This document shows positions 20,544 to 34,173 of a DNA stretch of 64,000 nt, piece after piece; the stretch's first letter is position 1; every line of letters begins with the position of its first letter. This DNA is from an uncultured Candidatus Saccharibacteria bacterium (GTDB lineage: Bacteria > Patescibacteriota > UBA1384 > XYA2-FULL-43-10 > 1-14-0-10-43-13). A program made the position numbers and the translations under genes. A model generated the notes under the pieces. That model was not told the origin of the DNA, did not search any database, and worked only from the letters and a program-made list of their open reading frames with translations. The stretch lies in assembly GCA_964406145.1 (NCBI GenBank), contig CAYOQP010000004.1, forward strand, positions 1,924 to 65,923. The letters are read 5' to 3'.

Positions 20544-21650
20544 ATGGCTTTATTGCTAGACAACGAACCCCCTTCGTCTCTCAAGGACGATAACAAAAAA
20601 AATTCAAACATCGGTGCTCAAACCAATATTAGTGCTCTTGGTGCTAATTTTGCTCCAACCATTCTAAAACCTTTTAGAGCTATTCTCAGTCTCTTTAAAA
20701 AGGTGTATGGATATTTTTTGGTTGTTAGTCAAAAAGTAAAATCATTTTTAAATACTATTGTTGGAAATAAATATTTACCGCATTTTACTATTGTGGTTTT
20801 ATTTTTTGTTGTAATTTTTGCCAATGTTAACGATAGGGCTAAGGCTTATTATCTGGCTCGTGATATCAATAGCTTGGACCCTAATATTGAACTTTCGATA
20901 ACTGATTCTATCGACTCTTTTACCCCAACTATCAGTCGTGATGCCGTCTATGCCGAAAAAGCTAATATGGCTTCAAGCTACTCTCAGGGTTTTGCTAGTA
21001 TTAATGCTCCAATCGATACTAAGATAACAGAAAGAACAGAACCACTCCCGGATAATTCCAAGGAACAAGTCTATTATGTCGTCCGTAGCGGTGATACTCT
21101 TTCTGGTCTTGGTTGGAAATTTGGCGTTAAATTAGCCACCCTAAAATATGTTAATGATCTAAACGTTGATTCCATTAAAGTTGGGGCCAGACTTAAGATT
21201 CCAGTTCGAGGATACGAGGTTTCCCCAACTTTAATTGCCAAAAGAGAGAATGAAAGAAATGCTAAACTGGCAATTTCAAGTAGAAACACAGTCGCCAGAA
21301 ATTCTGCTTCTAGGGGTACCGTATCAAGCTTGCCTGGTTCTATTAAAAATGCCTATCCTTATGGCTGGTGCACTTATTATGTCGCCACCAGAAGGGCAAT
21401 CCCCGCTCGTTGGGGTAATGCTGGTCAGTGGCTTAATTCAGCTAAGCGCGATGGTTATGCGACTGGTTCTAGCCCGGCAGTCGGTGCCGTTGTTGTGACT
21501 AATGAGTCGTGGTGGGGCCATGTTGCCTATGTCGAGAGTGTCAGCGGCGGCAACATTACAATTTCAGAGATGAACGCTCCTATTTGGGGTGTGGCTACAT
21601 CGCGCACTATTAGCTCTTCTGATCGAAGGATCAAGGGTTTTATTTACTAA
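20544..21650 (+). CDS. membrane-anchored peptidoglycan hydrolase with LysM and CHAP domains
   Basis: LysM YYVVRSGDTLSGLGWKFGVKLATLKYVNDL...KIP. C-terminal CHAP (YPYGWCTYYVA...GHVAYVESV). TM helix near residues 75-95. Confidence 0.8.
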   Translation: MALLLDNEPPSSLKDDNKKNSNIGAQTNISALGANFAPTILKPFRAILSLFKKVYGYFLVVSQKVKSFLNTIVGNKYLPHFTIVVLFFVVIFANVNDRAKAYYLARDINSLDPNIELSITDSIDSFTPTISRDAVYAEKANMASSYSQGFASINAPIDTKITERTEPLPDNSKEQVYYVVRSGDTLSGLGWKFGVKLATLKYVNDLNVDSIKVGARLKIPVRGYEVSPTLIAKRENERNAKLAISSRNTVARNSASRGTVSSLPGSIKNAYPYGWCTYYVATRRAIPARWGNAGQWLNSAKRDGYATGSSPAVGAVVVTNESWWGHVAYVESVSGGNITISEMNAPIWGVATSRTISSSDRRIKGFIY

Positions 21651-21667
21651 TTTTAGATCTTATATTT

Positions 21668-21695
21668 AAATGCCTAGTCAAAAAGGCATTTTTAT
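21668..21695 (+). terminator. Rho-independent terminator
   Basis: AAATGCCT-agtcaaaa-AGGCATTT followed by TTTAT. Confidence 0.6.
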
Positions 21696-21729
21696 GTTAG
21701 AATAAATAAGTATTAGAATAATTATTCTT

Positions 21730-22704
21730 ATGTTTACAGACGAAGCAGAAATTTATTTGAAAGCTGGCAATGGCGGAAATGGCTCCGTCTCTTTTCGTCG
21801 TGAGAAATATATTCCTAACGGTGGTCCGGATGGCGGAGATGGCGGCCGTGGCGGAGACATTTATATAGAAGTAGATAGCAGGCTAAGGAGCTTGGCTTTT
21901 TTCAATCGCCAAAAAAGATTTTTAGCTGAAAATGGCGAAAACGGTCATGGTAAGAAAATGTCTGGCAAAAATGCCGAAGACCTTATACTCAAAGTGCCAA
22001 CCGGAACGGTGATATATGAAAAAAATAATTTGATATCTGATCTTGTTAACGATGGCGAAAAGATTTTAATAGTTAGGGGTGGTAATGGCGGCTGGGGCAA
22101 TCAACATTTTGCGACTTCGATTAAACAGGCGCCACAATGGGCCAAGAGTGGCATGAGAGGGGAATCAAAAAAAGTTCAACTTGTCTTCAAAACTATCGCA
22201 GATGTCGGTTTAATTGGCTTGCCAAATGCCGGTAAAAGCACCTTGCTTGCAACATTGACCAGCGCACGACCAAAGATTGCTGATTATCCATTTACGACCT
22301 TAGAACCGAATCTGGGAACTTATGTCGGCGACAAGATGCGCATTATCTTTGCGGATATTCCTGGTCTAATCGAGGGAGCCTCTGAAGGCAAAGGTCTTGG
22401 TGAAAAATTCTTGCGGCATATCGAGCGCACTAGATTATTAATCCATCTACTTGATGCTAATAGCGATAATTTAGTTAATGATTATAAAACAATCCAGAAC
22501 GAGATCAAAAAATTTTCCAAAGAGCTGACTAAGAAAAAGACATTGGTTGTTTTGAATAAGATCGACACAATTTCAGAAGATGATTTGAATAAAAAAATAA
22601 AATCTTTCAAAAAAGAAAAAGTTTCAGTTATTGCAATTTCCGCCGTTACTGGTTTTGGCGTCAAGAACCTAGTTGATAAAATCAAACAATTTTCAAATAT
22701 TTAA
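21730..22704 (+). CDS. obg: GTPase Obg (short form lacking C-terminal TGS/OCT domain)
   Basis: Obg-fold glycine-rich N-terminus (GNGGNGSVSFRREKYIPNGGPDGGDGGRGGDIY) and G-domain GLPNAGKST / DIPG / NKID. 324 aa. Confidence 0.9.
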   Translation: MFTDEAEIYLKAGNGGNGSVSFRREKYIPNGGPDGGDGGRGGDIYIEVDSRLRSLAFFNRQKRFLAENGENGHGKKMSGKNAEDLILKVPTGTVIYEKNNLISDLVNDGEKILIVRGGNGGWGNQHFATSIKQAPQWAKSGMRGESKKVQLVFKTIADVGLIGLPNAGKSTLLATLTSARPKIADYPFTTLEPNLGTYVGDKMRIIFADIPGLIEGASEGKGLGEKFLRHIERTRLLIHLLDANSDNLVNDYKTIQNEIKKFSKELTKKKTLVVLNKIDTISEDDLNKKIKSFKKEKVSVIAISAVTGFGVKNLVDKIKQFSNI

Positions 22705-22729
22705 CTATTTTGAGATCAAAATAGTCTAG

Positions 22730-22758
22730 TTGACAGACAAATTGTCCTCTAATATACT
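22730..22758 (+). promoter_or_regulatory. candidate sigma70 promoter P1 (TTGACA-17-TATACT)
   Basis: Consensus -35 and a good -10, 26 nt after the obg stop. Confidence 0.5.
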
Positions 22759-22793
22759 TGATTCATATATGAACTTATTACCCTGCTTGCGTG

Positions 22794-22822
22794 TTGACAA
22801 GTAAATTCTTGTGTGCTATTAT
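22794..22822 (+). promoter_or_regulatory. candidate sigma70 promoter P2 with extended -10 (TTGACA-17-TGcTATTAT)
   Basis: Consensus -35 with TGn immediately 5' of TATTAT. Confidence 0.5.
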
Positions 22823-22900
22823 TCATCTTAATAGAATAATTTTAGAGTGGAACAAGAAGTTGGGAATTCAAAGTGCTCTAAATAAAAGAGAGAGATAGGT

Positions 22901-22931
22901 CCACCCCCACTATTACTGGGGCGGTTTTTTG
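22901..22931 (+). terminator. terminator/attenuator-like hairpin + U-tract in the rpoB leader
   Basis: CCACCCC ... GGGGCGG stem with one mismatch, followed by TTTTTTG, 60 nt upstream of the rpoB ATG. Confidence 0.4.
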
Positions 22932-22990
22932 TGGTTAAATTTTACGCATATAAATTTTATAAATAAACGTCTAATACGCCAAGGAGAGTA

Positions 22991-25900
22991 ATGCCAATCC
23001 AAGTTAAGAGTGCCTCTAGAATTAAGCCTAGAGAAGAAGCAGATTTCGAGAAATTGCCAAATTTAATTGAAGTTCAAACCAAGTCGTATGATTGGTTTTT
23101 CAAGGAAGGCCTCAGAGAATTATTGGATGAAATTTCGCCAGTTGAAGATTTTACCGGCGAGCTTTATTCACTTTCTTTTGGCGATTATTATCTAGACAAG
23201 CCAAGAATTGATGAAAAAACTGCCAGAGAAAAAAATCTAACTTATAAGGCTCCACTTCGGGCCAAGGTTTCTCTTCTCAACAAGCAGACCAAAGAGATTA
23301 AAGAGGGCGAAGTCTTTCTTGGTGATTTTCCTTTAATGACTGCTCATGGAACATTCATTATCAATGGCGTTGAGCGTTGTGTTGTGTCTCAGATCGTTCG
23401 CTCATATGGCGTACTCTTTACTGCTGAAAAAGTTAATGGCGAAAGCTACTTCGGTGCAAAAGTCATTCCTAACCGTGGCGCTTGGCTTGAGCTTGAAAGC
23501 AACTCCAAGGGCGTTATCTCTATCAAGGTTGACCGAAAAAGAAGAATTCCAATTACTACATTCTTGAGAGCTCTCGGTATCTCTACTGACGAAGAAATCA
23601 AATCCCTCTTCTCATCAGTTGATGACGGCGAAAACATTAAATACATCGATGCAACCCTAGAAAAAGATCCTTCTAAGAATTATGAAGAGGGATTAGTCGA
23701 AACATATAAGAGAATTAGACCCGGCGATCTAGCAACTCCAGAATCAGCCAAAGCTTTCATTGAGATGATGCTCTTTAATCCGAAGCGTTATGATGTTGGA
23801 CGAGTTGGCCGTTATAAATTAAATCAAAGATTGAACCTTGATATTCCTAATACTGTTGAAAACAGAGTATTTAGAAAAGAAGACCTCATTGAAATTATCA
23901 GAGAAATTATTCGTCTTAACAATACTCCTGGATCCAAGGCTGATGATACTGACGCATTGAAGAATCGTCGTATTAAAGCTGTCGGAGAATCTGTTCAGGG
24001 ACGTGTTCGTGTTGGACTTCTTAGAGTTGAAAGAATTATTAAAGACAGAATGAGCGTCTTGGAGCCAACAGACATTACTCCACAAGCTTTAGTTAACTCT
24101 CGTCCAATTGTTGCTTCGCTACAGGAATTTTATTCATCTTCTCAGCTTTCTCAGTTTATGAATCAGACCAATCCACTTTCAGAACTTGAGCACAAAAGAA
24201 CTTTGTCTGCTACTGGACCTGGTGGTTTATCTCGTGAACGTGCCGGCTTTGAAGTTCGAGACGTTCATGAATCGCACTATGGTCGAATCTGTCCTATCGA
24301 ATCTCCAGAAGGTCCGAATATCGGCTTGGTATCCTATATGGCCGCTTATGCCAAGGTTAATGATTATGGATTCTTAGAAACTCCATATCGAAAAGTTACC
24401 ATCGATAAAATTGGTGCTAAGGTAAGCAATGAAGTAGTCTTCTTGGATGCTGGCACTGAAGAAAAAACAATCATTGCCCCAGCTTCTGTTGAGGTGAACG
24501 AAAAAGGCTATATTGTCGGAGATAGGGTCATTGTCCGAAGACATGGCCATCCAGATATGGCGCCAGTATCTGAAGTTGAGTATATGGATGTTTCCCCTCG
24601 TCAGATCGTTTCGATTGCAACCTCTCTTATTCCTTTCGTTGAGCACGATGATGGTGCTAGAGCGATGATGGGATCTAACATGCAGAGACAGGCAGTTCCT
24701 CTTATTTGTCCAGATTCTCCGGTTGTTGGAACGGGCATGGAAAAATCAGCCGCTCACTACTCTGGTCAGATTGTACTTGCTAAGAACGGCGGAACCGTTA
24801 CTCATGTTTCAGCACGTTTAGTCCGAGTTAAAACCGATAAAAACGAGGTCAACGAGTACTATCTTGAGAAGTTTGCCAGATCAAATCAGGGCACTCTTAT
24901 CAATCAACGCCCAACTGTCACAGTCGGGGACAAGATTAATGCTGGAGATGTCATCGCTGACTCTTCTGCTACAGATCATGGTGAAATTGCTCTTGGCCAG
25001 AATCTACTCGTTTCATTTATGTCATGGGGTGGTTCGAACTTCGAAGACGCTATTATCATTTCAAATCGTTTAGTTAAAGATCATATGCTTTCATCTGTCC
25101 ATATCGAACAGTATTCGATGGAAGTTAGAGACACTAAGCTTGGTCCTGAGTTGCTCACTCGAGACATACCTAATGTTTCAGAAGAAGCATTATCTAATCT
25201 TGATGAAGTCGGAATTATCCGAATCGGTGCCGAAGTCAGATCCGGAGATATCTTGGTTGGAAAAATTTCACCTAAGGGTGAAACCGAGCTTTCAAGCGAA
25301 GAAAAACTTCTTCGAGCAATCTTTGGTGAGAAGGCTAAAGATGTCCGAGATTCTTCTCTTAGACTTCCTCACGGTGAATACGGCAAAGTTGTCAATGTCA
25401 AAGTTTTCTCCAAGGAAAACGGCGACGAACTCTCAACTGGTGTTTACCAAATGGTTGAAGTTTCAGTTGCTCAGCTTAGAAGAATTTCAGTCGGCGATAA
25501 GTTGGCTGGCCGTCATGGTAATAAGGGTGTTATCTCGGTTGTCCTTCCTGAAGAAGACATGCCTTTCATGCCAGATGGTCGTCCAATCGACGTAATCCTA
25601 AATCCACTTGGCGTTATATCTCGTATGAACGTTGGTCAGATTTTGGAGACTCATTTGGGCTTAGCCGCATCACATGGTGGATATAAGATCGCTACTCCAG
25701 TATTTGAAGGTATTTCAATTACCGAGATCAAGAGAAGGCTCAAAGAACAAAATCTTCCCGAAGACGGCAAGATTCAATTGATTGACGGTAAGACTGGTCT
25801 TAAATTTGATCGCAAATCAACTGTCGGTATCATGTATATCTTGAAACTTCATCACTTGGTTGATGATAAAATGCATGCTCGTTCAGTCGGACCATACTCT

Positions 25901-26386
25901 ATGATCACTCAACAGCCGCTCGGTGGTAAAGCTCAGTTCGGCGGACAGAGATTTGGAGAAATGGAAGTTTGGGCACTAGAAGCTTACGGTGCCGCTCATA
26001 CTCTTCAAGAAATGTTGACCATCAAATCAGACGATATTGTCGGACGAAGTCGAATTTACGAGTCAATCATCAAGGGTGAAAAGATTCAGAAGCCAATTAT
26101 TCCAGAAGCCTTCAATGTTATGGTCAAAGAACTTCAGAGCCTTTGTCTTGATGTTGATCTGATCACAACCAAAGAGGAGGCTATGATCGCCGAGAACTTG
26201 CCTGTAGAAAAACCAACAGAAGTTATCGCTCCTCAAGCATCTCAAGATTATCCTATTGATATTGACGAAGAAGAAGCAGTCGACGAGGAACTCGACGAAA
26301 AGCTGACCGAAATTGCTGCCGAACAGACCGCTCCAGAAGAAGACATTGTTTTTGATGAACCAGCTGATAATAAAGACGAAGAATAA
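22991..26386 (+). CDS. rpoB: DNA-directed RNA polymerase subunit beta
   Basis: 1131 aa with conserved beta-subunit blocks throughout and an acidic C-terminal tail. Confidence 0.97.
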   Translation: MPIQVKSASRIKPREEADFEKLPNLIEVQTKSYDWFFKEGLRELLDEISPVEDFTGELYSLSFGDYYLDKPRIDEKTAREKNLTYKAPLRAKVSLLNKQTKEIKEGEVFLGDFPLMTAHGTFIINGVERCVVSQIVRSYGVLFTAEKVNGESYFGAKVIPNRGAWLELESNSKGVISIKVDRKRRIPITTFLRALGISTDEEIKSLFSSVDDGENIKYIDATLEKDPSKNYEEGLVETYKRIRPGDLATPESAKAFIEMMLFNPKRYDVGRVGRYKLNQRLNLDIPNTVENRVFRKEDLIEIIREIIRLNNTPGSKADDTDALKNRRIKAVGESVQGRVRVGLLRVERIIKDRMSVLEPTDITPQALVNSRPIVASLQEFYSSSQLSQFMNQTNPLSELEHKRTLSATGPGGLSRERAGFEVRDVHESHYGRICPIESPEGPNIGLVSYMAAYAKVNDYGFLETPYRKVTIDKIGAKVSNEVVFLDAGTEEKTIIAPASVEVNEKGYIVGDRVIVRRHGHPDMAPVSEVEYMDVSPRQIVSIATSLIPFVEHDDGARAMMGSNMQRQAVPLICPDSPVVGTGMEKSAAHYSGQIVLAKNGGTVTHVSARLVRVKTDKNEVNEYYLEKFARSNQGTLINQRPTVTVGDKINAGDVIADSSATDHGEIALGQNLLVSFMSWGGSNFEDAIIISNRLVKDHMLSSVHIEQYSMEVRDTKLGPELLTRDIPNVSEEALSNLDEVGIIRIGAEVRSGDILVGKISPKGETELSSEEKLLRAIFGEKAKDVRDSSLRLPHGEYGKVVNVKVFSKENGDELSTGVYQMVEVSVAQLRRISVGDKLAGRHGNKGVISVVLPEEDMPFMPDGRPIDVILNPLGVISRMNVGQILETHLGLAASHGGYKIATPVFEGISITEIKRRLKEQNLPEDGKIQLIDGKTGLKFDRKSTVGIMYILKLHHLVDDKMHARSVGPYSMITQQPLGGKAQFGGQRFGEMEVWALEAYGAAHTLQEMLTIKSDDIVGRSRIYESIIKGEKIQKPIIPEAFNVMVKELQSLCLDVDLITTKEEAMIAENLPVEKPTEVIAPQASQDYPIDIDEEEAVDEELDEKLTEIAAEQTAPEEDIVFDEPADNKDEE

Positions 26387-26410
26387 TTATAAATATTTGA
26401 AGGAGATAGA

Positions 26411-29400
26411 ATGGCAAGTTTAGAAGTAAAAGATCAAGTTACGGTATCTGACTTTGAGGCGATCCGACTCTCGGTGGCTTCTCCAGAAGATATTTTATCT
26501 TGGTCTCATGGTGAGGTGCTAAAACCAGAAACGATCAACTATCGCACACAGAAGCCTGAGCGCGATGGTCTTTTCTGTGAAAAAATATTTGGTCCGACCA
26601 AGGACTGGGAATGTTATTGTGGAAAATACAAGAAGATTCGCTATAAGGGTGTTATCTGCGATAAGTGTGGTGTCGAGGTCACTCGAAGCGCTGTTCGACG
26701 TGTCAGAATGGGCCACATTGATTTGGCTGTACCAGTTGCTCATATCTGGTATGTTAGAGGAACATCAAGCATCGGCTCAGCAATCTTGGATCTAACTGGT
26801 GCTGATATTGAGAAAGTTGTTTATTTTGCTAGCTATGTCATTCTTGATGTCAACGAAGAGTTGAAAAAATCAAGCCTAGAGAGCCTGGAAAAAGAATACA
26901 AAGAATTTCAAGAAGCGATGAAGGGCGAAGAGAAGCCAGAAATCTCAAAAGAAGAAGTAGACCAAGTTTACAAAGAAACAAAGACTGAGCTTGGCAATCT
27001 TTCTCGCGGCAAGATCATTTCCGAGCAGGTTTATCGTGAGCTCAATATGAAATATGGACAAATTGTCCGTGTTGGTATTGGCGCCGAAGCAATCTTGGAA
27101 CTTCTTAAAAAAATTGATCTTGGTGAAGAAATCAAGATTTCTGATACCAATGCTAGAAAACAAACAGGTCTCGCCAGAACAAAGATTCTAAAAAGACTCA
27201 GAGTTCTTCAGAGCATGCAACGAGCCGGCATCAATCCAGGTTGGCTTGTTCTAACCAGACTCCCAGTTATTCCACCAGATCTAAGACCAATGGTTCAGCT
27301 TGATGGTGGTAGATTTGCTGCCTCCGACTTAAATGATCTATATCGAAGAGTTATCAATAGAAACAACAGACTTAAGAGATTGTTATCTCAGGGTGCTCCA
27401 GAGGTAATTTGTCGAAATGAAAAGAGAATGCTTCAAGAAGCAGTAGATGCCTTGATTGACAACTCGGCCAGAAAAGACAAAATTGCTTCTTCAACTGGTG
27501 GCAAGAGAAAACTACGATCGCTTTCTGATATGCTTCGTGGCAAACAGGGTCGTTTCCGACAGAACTTGCTTGGTAAACGTGTTGACTACTCTGGACGTTC
27601 AGTTATTGTCGTTGGTCCAAAATTGAAACTCTATCAGTGTGGTCTGCCAAAGGTCATGGCCTTGGAGCTTTTCAAACCATTTGTTATTGGTCGTTTGATT
27701 GCCGATGGATATGTTCACAACGTCAAAAACGCGACAAGACTTATTGAAAAAGGCGAGTCATTCGTTTGGGATATTTTAGAGGACGTTATTAAAGACAAAT
27801 GTGTTCTCCTAAACCGGGCCCCAACCCTTCACCGTTTGGGTATTCAGGCTTTCCAACCAATTCTTATCGAGGGTAAAGCTATTCAGATCCACCCTCTCGT
27901 TTGCTCGGCTTTCAACGCTGACTTCGATGGTGACCAGATGGCCGTCCATTTGCCACTTTCTGACAAGGCTCAGGCTGAAGCACATGAAATCATGCTTTCT
28001 TCCAAGAATCTTCTAAAGCCTTCTTCTGGTGACCCAGTTTTGACACTTTCTTTTGACATTGTTCTAGGCTGTCACTATCTAACAAGGGAAAAAGAAAATG
28101 CTTTGGGTGAAGGCGCAGTTTTTGCCTCAGAAAATGAGCTTATTTCTGCCTATCATCTTGATAATGTTGATCTTAACGCCAAGATTAAAGTCAGACTTAA
28201 ATCTGGCGAAGTTATGGAGACAACTTGTGGGCGTGTTATTTTCAACGAGGTAATGCCTGAGGGTCTTCCATACATCAACGAGACGATGAACAAGAAACTT
28301 ATCGGTAAATTGGCCGATAAGGTCTATAGACTTTTTGGTGGTGAAACCGCAGCTAAGCTCGTAGATGACCTTAAGGATCTCGGCTTCATTTATGCTCAAA
28401 AATCCGGCATGACTTTTGCAGTCGATGATATTTATATTCCAGAATCAAAATCAGAGATTTTGACCAAGGGCCAAGATGAAGTCAACGGCGTTACCAAGCT
28501 TTTTCAACGTGGTCTTATCACCGATGAAGAGAGATACAATAAAACCGTTGAAATCTGGATGAGTTCTCAGTCTCAGATGGAAAAAGACATGATGAGCGGA
28601 TATCCAAAGCAAAATGATATCTATATCATTATGAACTCTGGAGCTCGTGGTAATATTGCCCAGATGACACAGGTTGGTGCTATGAAAGGCATGGTTGCTG
28701 ATCCAACCGGTGCGATCATTGAGCTTCCTATTAAGTCAAACTTTAAAGAAGGTTTGTCAGTATTCGAATACTTCGTATCAACTCACGGTTCCAGAAAGGG
28801 TCGTGCCGATACCGCACTTCGAACTTCTGAAGCTGGATATTTGACCCGTCGTTTGGTTGATGTTTCACAGGATGTTGTTGTTACCGTTCCGGACTGTGGT
28901 ACCAAGAATACCAGAGTTGTTTCTAAGGCCTTCTATGCTGAGTTCGGCGAGGAATGGGACAAATACATCCTTGGACGCACATTAGGGAAAGCTATCGGTG
29001 GTATTAAAGAAGGCGTTACGATTACTGCTGAAGAAGTTAAGATTCTAAAAGAAAAGAACATTGAAGAGATCGAAATTTTCTCACTTCTTGGTTGTGAAGC
29101 CGAAAAGGGCATCTGCCAGAAGTGTTATGGAATTGATTTGGCAACCGGTCGACCAGTTCAGATTGGAACTGCCGTTGGTATTATCGCCGCTCAGGCTATT
29201 GGTGAACCAGGAACACAGCTGACCATGAGAACATTTCACACTGGTGGTGCTGCTGGTGAGGATATTACTGCTGGTCTTCCACGAGTTGAGGAGCTTTTTG
29301 AAGCTCGAATCCCCAAGAAACCCGCTATTCTTTCTGAAGTTGCTGGCGTTGTCACTATTACAAAGGATCACGATATCATTAAGATTAATGTTTCTGGCAA

Positions 29401-30181
29401 GGGCGAGAAGACTGATCTTTATGAGATTCCAAGTGGCTACAAGATGATAGTTGATAATGATAGCCAAGTTGTTAAGAATCAGGTTATTGCTGAGCCGGAA
29501 TCAGGTGACGGCAAACCAGTCAGATCTGTTGTTGCTGGTCAGGTTATTATCTCCGGTAACAAAGTTAAGGTTGTCGGTGTTGGTGAAGTCTCTATCGAAT
29601 ACGCTACAGCCAAGACGACTCAGGTGCTGGTTAAGAACGGCGAGACTATCGAGAAGGGTCAAGCTTTGACCGAAGGTCACTATGATCTATCACAGAGCCT
29701 GAAGCTTAATGGACCAGTTAAAACTCAAAACTATATCATCAAACAAGTTCAGTCTATCTATGAATCACAGGGACAAGACATCAACGACAAACACATCGAA
29801 GTTATCGTTAGGATGATGAATAGCAAGGTCAAGATCTTGGAGCCTGGTAGCTCAAAGTATCTTCCAGGACAAGTTGTTTCCAAGTTTGAGGTTAATGCCA
29901 AGAATATTGGTTTCAAAGCTTCTGGCGAAAAACAGATCAAAGGTGATGACATGATTATGGGTATCACCCGAATCGCTCTTAAGACCGATTCCTTCTTGTC
30001 TGCCGCTTCGTTCCAAGAAACCACCTCAATTTTGATTGATGCCGCCGTATCTGGTCGAGTCGATTATCTGATGGGATTGAAAGAGAACGTTATCATCGGT
30101 AAATTGATTCCTGCTGGCACCGGTTTTGATCGAGAAGCGATCAAAGAAGAAGCCATTGCTGAGCTCGAAGAACAGCTTTGA
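26411..30181 (+). CDS. rpoC: DNA-directed RNA polymerase subunit beta'
   Basis: Zn-binding [35 protein letters not shown] catalytic motif. 1256 aa. Confidence 0.97.
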   Translation: MASLEVKDQVTVSDFEAIRLSVASPEDILSWSHGEVLKPETINYRTQKPERDGLFCEKIFGPTKDWECYCGKYKKIRYKGVICDKCGVEVTRSAVRRVRMGHIDLAVPVAHIWYVRGTSSIGSAILDLTGADIEKVVYFASYVILDVNEELKKSSLESLEKEYKEFQEAMKGEEKPEISKEEVDQVYKETKTELGNLSRGKIISEQVYRELNMKYGQIVRVGIGAEAILELLKKIDLGEEIKISDTNARKQTGLARTKILKRLRVLQSMQRAGINPGWLVLTRLPVIPPDLRPMVQLDGGRFAASDLNDLYRRVINRNNRLKRLLSQGAPEVICRNEKRMLQEAVDALIDNSARKDKIASSTGGKRKLRSLSDMLRGKQGRFRQNLLGKRVDYSGRSVIVVGPKLKLYQCGLPKVMALELFKPFVIGRLIADGYVHNVKNATRLIEKGESFVWDILEDVIKDKCVLLNRAPTLHRLGIQAFQPILIEGKAIQIHPLVCSAFNADFDGDQMAVHLPLSDKAQAEAHEIMLSSKNLLKPSSGDPVLTLSFDIVLGCHYLTREKENALGEGAVFASENELISAYHLDNVDLNAKIKVRLKSGEVMETTCGRVIFNEVMPEGLPYINETMNKKLIGKLADKVYRLFGGETAAKLVDDLKDLGFIYAQKSGMTFAVDDIYIPESKSEILTKGQDEVNGVTKLFQRGLITDEERYNKTVEIWMSSQSQMEKDMMSGYPKQNDIYIIMNSGARGNIAQMTQVGAMKGMVADPTGAIIELPIKSNFKEGLSVFEYFVSTHGSRKGRADTALRTSEAGYLTRRLVDVSQDVVVTVPDCGTKNTRVVSKAFYAEFGEEWDKYILGRTLGKAIGGIKEGVTITAEEVKILKEKNIEEIEIFSLLGCEAEKGICQKCYGIDLATGRPVQIGTAVGIIAAQAIGEPGTQLTMRTFHTGGAAGEDITAGLPRVEELFEARIPKKPAILSEVAGVVTITKDHDIIKINVSGKGEKTDLYEIPSGYKMIVDNDSQVVKNQVIAEPESGDGKPVRSVVAGQVIISGNKVKVVGVGEVSIEYATAKTTQVLVKNGETIEKGQALTEGHYDLSQSLKLNGPVKTQNYIIKQVQSIYESQGQDINDKHIEVIVRMMNSKVKILEPGSSKYLPGQVVSKFEVNAKNIGFKASGEKQIKGDDMIMGITRIALKTDSFLSAASFQETTSILIDAAVSGRVDYLMGLKENVIIGKLIPAGTGFDREAIKEEAIAELEEQL

Positions 30182-30237
30182 CATTCGGCTTAGTTTATGC
30201 TATTTTATTAAAGTGCAAAATTTAAATTCAAGTTTTT

Positions 30238-30651
30238 ATGCCTACAATCAACCAATTAATTAGAAAAAGTCGCAAACAGACAGTCAAGCGGTCAAAGACC
30301 ACTGCTTTGAAGACCACTTTTAACTATCTTCAGAATAAGCCAGTTAAACTCGGATCACCTCAAAAACGCGGTGTTTGTATCAAGGTTGGCACTATGACAC
30401 CGAAGAAACCAAACTCAGCTTTGCGAAAGTTTGCGCGTGTCAGATTGACCAATGGTTACGAAGTCAACGCCTATATTGGTGGTGAAGGACATAATCTTCA
30501 GGAACACTCAGTCGTATTGATCCGCGGAGGTCGTGTTAAAGACCTTCCGGGTATGCGATATCATATTGTCCGTGGCAAGCTAGACTTGACCGGAGTGCAG
30601 GGTCGAAAACAGGGACGTAGTAAATACGGTGCCAAGACAGGAAAAAGTTAA
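30238..30651 (+). CDS. rpsL: 30S ribosomal protein S12
   Basis: [10 protein letters not shown]...[10 protein letters not shown] motifs. Confidence 0.95.
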   Translation: MPTINQLIRKSRKQTVKRSKTTALKTTFNYLQNKPVKLGSPQKRGVCIKVGTMTPKKPNSALRKFARVRLTNGYEVNAYIGGEGHNLQEHSVVLIRGGRVKDLPGMRYHIVRGKLDLTGVQGRKQGRSKYGAKTGKS

Positions 30652-30667
30652 TTTTTAGGACTTATCG

Positions 30668-31144
30668 ATGCCAAGAGGCCATATAAAAATGAAAAAACAG
30701 GCGATCGAGCCGGATGCTAAATACAGCAATCCTACTTTAACCAAATTCATTAATTACATAATGAAAAATGGCAAAAAGACTGTCGCCACAAAGATCGTTT
30801 ACAAGTCATTGGAAAATGCTTCCGAGACACTCAAGGGAGAAGCGATTGATATTTTTGAGCAAGCCTTGAAAAATGTTGGTCCACTCGTTGAGGTTAAGAG
30901 CAAGAGAATCGGTGGCGCTAATTATCAAGTGCCAATGGAAGTTAGCCGAGACCGCAAGAATACTCTTGCGATGCGCTGGATTATTGCTGCTGCTCAGTCT
31001 GCTAAGGGCAAACCAATGCACGAGAAACTAGCTTTTGAGTTGATCAACGCTTACAACGGTGAAGGCTCAGCCATGAAGAAGAAGGAAGATACTCACAGAA
31101 TGGCTGAGGCCAACAAAGCCTTTGCTCACTTCGCTCGATTCTAA
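30668..31144 (+). CDS. rpsG: 30S ribosomal protein S7
   Basis: 158 aa. S7 blocks include KNGKKTVATKIVY...VEVKSKRIGGANYQVP. Confidence 0.93.
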   Translation: MPRGHIKMKKQAIEPDAKYSNPTLTKFINYIMKNGKKTVATKIVYKSLENASETLKGEAIDIFEQALKNVGPLVEVKSKRIGGANYQVPMEVSRDRKNTLAMRWIIAAAQSAKGKPMHEKLAFELINAYNGEGSAMKKKEDTHRMAEANKAFAHFARF

Positions 31145-31163
31145 GAATTCTACACACATATAA

Positions 31164-31200
31164 AAAGAAAGCGTCCAGTCATTGGGTGCTTTCTTTTTAT
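31164..31200. terminator. hairpin + T-tract (bidirectional terminator between rpsG and the antisense lipoprotein gene)
   Basis: AAAGAAAGC ... GCTTTCTTT 9-bp arms, then TTTTATT. Confidence 0.5.
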
Positions 31201-31229
31201 TAAAAGAATGTTTTGATAGGTGAGTGGCG

Positions 31230-31259
31230 CAGGTGGCGGCGGTTGATTGCCGCCACCTG
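31230..31259. other. GC-rich perfect hairpin (11-bp stem CAGGTGGCGGC / GCCGCCACCTG), 3' of the minus-strand lipoprotein gene
   Basis: Perfect inverted repeat with an 8-nt loop. It lies 13 nt past the lipoprotein stop on the minus strand and has no U-tract. Confidence 0.6.
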
Positions 31260-31271
31260 TCCGGTCGTGGT

Positions 31272-31754
31272 CTAGTAAACCGTTGAGTAGGTTCCGTCCG
31301 GATTGGAACGGAACAGGTGCGCGTCGTAGCTGGGCTTGGTATCATCGGGATACTCCGTGGAGTAATCCCAGACGTCAGCTTCTGCTTCGACGAGCACAAA
31401 GTAGGTCGAGGTTTTGTTGAGGGCCGCGCCGTCCCATTCGGAGACGACAAAGATCCCTTTGCCACCACCGCTGTTGCCCCAGGCTTCCATTCTCACCCAC
31501 GATTCACGCAGGTACACTTTGGAGTTCGGGTTGGCCGGATCAGTCAGTCGGTAGATACCAAACTGATTGAACTGGCCGTCGCGGCGGTTGACATAGACAG
31601 CCACACTCGAAGAATCGCGATCAACGCTGATTCCTTCAATCGAGACATGGGGCTTGCGCCCCAAGACGTCGTCGAGGGCTTCAGATGAGCACCCAGCGAA
31701 CATCAGAGTGGTGATTGCGAGGGCGATAAGCCCAAGAAGCATGCGGATTCGCAT
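31272..31754 (-). CDS. GC-rich putative lipoprotein (foreign-looking), antisense within the str operon
   Basis: Signal peptide plus lipobox MRIRMLLGLIALAITTLMFAG|CSS. GAGGAG RBS 5 nt before the ATG. GC ~55% against ~38% in the flanks. No recognisable domain. Confidence 0.6.
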   Translation of the reverse strand: MRIRMLLGLIALAITTLMFAGCSSEALDDVLGRKPHVSIEGISVDRDSSSVAVYVNRRDGQFNQFGIYRLTDPANPNSKVYLRESWVRMEAWGNSGGGKGIFVVSEWDGAALNKTSTYFVLVEAEADVWDYSTEYPDDTKPSYDAHLFRSNPDGTYSTVY

Positions 31755-31871
31755 CACGGTTCTCCTCGTTGCCTTCGCTAGAGTAACTGCAGAAGAAGGT
31801 CAACTGATTATTTTACCACTATTACTCTTAAATGTCAAGTAGATATTGCTCAAAATTGCAATTTTATCCCG

Positions 31872-31901
31872 TTGACACTTTTGGCATCTGTGTGTTAATA
31901 T
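31872..31901 (+). promoter_or_regulatory. candidate sigma70 promoter for fusA-tuf-rpsJ (TTGACA-18-TAATAT)
   Basis: Consensus -35, ~70 nt upstream of the fusA ATG. It restarts the str operon after the insertion. Confidence 0.45.
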
Positions 31902-31971
31902 AATAAGGATTTGAGGGGGAATTTTTAGTTTTGAACTTTAGAATAAAAATAATTTAAATTTAGGATTTGCT

Positions 31972-34047
<2,076 letters not shown>

Positions 34048-34173
34048 AAGAACAATTCATGTTGGTTTATACTTTGATTTGCTCTTGCATTAAAGTGATA
34101 AATTTGTTATTATTTGTTGGCAAATAAGCAAAATATTTAAAAAATTAGTTAGAAAAAGTAAAAAGGAGAATTA

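Noticed and set aside
31317-31688. 123-aa plus-strand ORF inside the GC-rich insertion
   Set aside because: It lies fully antisense to the lipoprotein ORF, which has a clean signal peptide, a lipobox and an RBS. GC-rich DNA generates long spurious ORFs, and this one has no start context or motifs.
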